DNA of 63,425 nt, the filler included, from Lenisia limosa (Eukaryota; Protista; Breviatea), in NCBI GenBank assembly GCA_001655205.1. It is 5 parts of 5 records of this genome, joined end to end, with 100 filler letters (N's around TTAATTAATTAA, not from the genome) between each part and the next. Parts side by side here need not be neighbours in the genome. Positions count along the whole stretch, not along the records: positions 60,555 to 63,425 come from LPNZ01005292.1; 4 more parts are not named here. The stretch is one strand, 5' to 3'. This document shows positions 62,461 through 63,425 of this stretch, piece after piece. The number at the start of each line of letters is the position of its first letter. Position 1 is the stretch's first letter. The translations under genes were made by a program, and so were the position numbers. The notes below the pieces were generated by a model that was given only the letters and a program-made list of their open reading frames with translations, made no database searches and was not told where the DNA came from.

Positions 62461-62654
62461 TATTGGGATATAATTTTCAGTATTGTTTATTTGCCTAGTC
62501 TATTATTTGGGGGGGGGGGGTTNNNNNNNNNNNNNNNNNNNNNNNNNNNNNNNNNNNNNNNNNNNNNNNNNNNNNNNNNNNNNNNNNNNNNNNNNNNNNN
62601 NNNNNNNAAATATGTATTGATTTGAGAGGGGATTAGATGTATTGGGTGTATCAT

Positions 62655-62749
62655 TAGGGCTTTCCTTTGGTCACAAAGAGACCGGTAAAACATCGATAGT
62701 TTTCATGTATTTATCGAGAATTCTATTTGGAACCGAAAGTGAAGCCCAA
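62655..62749. mobile_element. MITE-like element, copy 7 (diverged)
   Basis: TA-GGGCTTTCCTTTGG...GACCGGTAAAACATCGATAGTTTTC...TTTATCGAGAA...GAACCGAAAGTGAAGCCC. Confidence 0.7.
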
Positions 62750-62879
62750 TTTAGTACTCAAACTTTATGAGAGTTGTACTGTATTGTATATATCGTTGTC
62801 ATTATTTAGTCTTTTGGCTCATACTGAAAAAGATCGAAAGCGTTGTAAAACAAAAGGCTGCAAGGTTAAGGTAGGAGAT

Positions 62880-63062
62880 TTATAATGAATTGTGGATTGA
62901 TAATTTCAACGTAACCGCTTTAGATTGCTGACATGGTGGTTTATAACGATTTTTTGATTAATACTGTTAACATTACCTTAGATTGCTGATGCAATGGTTT
63001 ATAATGATTTCAGGATTAACAATGCCAACATTACCTCTTTAGATTGCTGATACGGTGGTGTA
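62880..63062. repeat. Degenerate ~60-bp tandem repeat x3
   Basis: TTAGATTGCTGA recurs three times, with shared GGTTTATAA.GATT and AACATTACC blocks. Confidence 0.7.
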
Positions 63063-63425
63063 TCGGGCTAAAAGTGCGCCTTTTCGACTCTTTACTGCTA
63101 CTGATGGTACCATTCATAGGTAGGGGAAAGTGTTTACTATTAATGGTATTTATTCATAGTTATGTTGGGGAGGCACGCAGAAAGCTGTGTGCACTAAGTT
63201 GTTAAGCAAATGATTGGGTGAATTAATATTTTACTATCATTATACTATAAGCGTGATGGTTTTGACGGCTTCGGCTAGTTACAACCTTGTTTTTTTTCTT
63301 CTCATTACTATACATCTAGATGTGATATGTGATATGTGATATTCAAAAAAACTGTATCATACATATATTGTATACGTGGGGTATATTTTCCCGAGAGGTT
63401 ATTGATAAAGCGAAGTTTATTCTGA

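Noticed and set aside
1-63425. tRNA, rRNA or autonomous transposase/reverse transcriptase genes
   Set aside because: No cloverleaf, rRNA signature, or DDE/RT motif recognised by eye; a small RNA could have been missed.

Overview
Eukaryotic, AT-rich, very intron-dense protist-like DNA (short GT-AG introns, only about 100-200 bp between several genes). It is not one contiguous locus: four artificial 100-bp linkers (44 N + TTAATTAATTAA + 44 N) join five separately assembled segments (1-25509, 25610-42668, 42769-44315, 44416-60454, 60555-63425), and many further N gaps follow G/C homopolymers. Clearly recognisable genes: STT3, a MOCOS-family PLP cysteine desulfurase lacking its MOSC domain, a bacterial-type CoA-disulfide reductase-rhodanese (CoADR-RHD/Npsr-like) fusion with about 18 introns, ubiquilin/Dsk2, a secreted PLB1-like GDSL lipase, an extended-synaptotagmin-like SMP/C2 protein, a large secreted protein with Myxococcus-type Cys-rich repeats, an RNI-like LRR protein, proteasome beta5, a stefin-type cystatin, eIF5 and a class I cyclic nucleotide phosphodiesterase. 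Best candidates for new biology: (1) the tandem CoADR-RHD + MOSC-less desulfurase pair, 153 bp apart, which could form a cysteine-to-persulfide-to-sulfide module; (2) a ~100-bp palindromic MITE-like family (7 copies, in all five segments) that sits mostly in introns, sometimes against splice sites. Exon boundaries were read by eye; coordinates of hypothetical genes are approximate, and no databases were searched.
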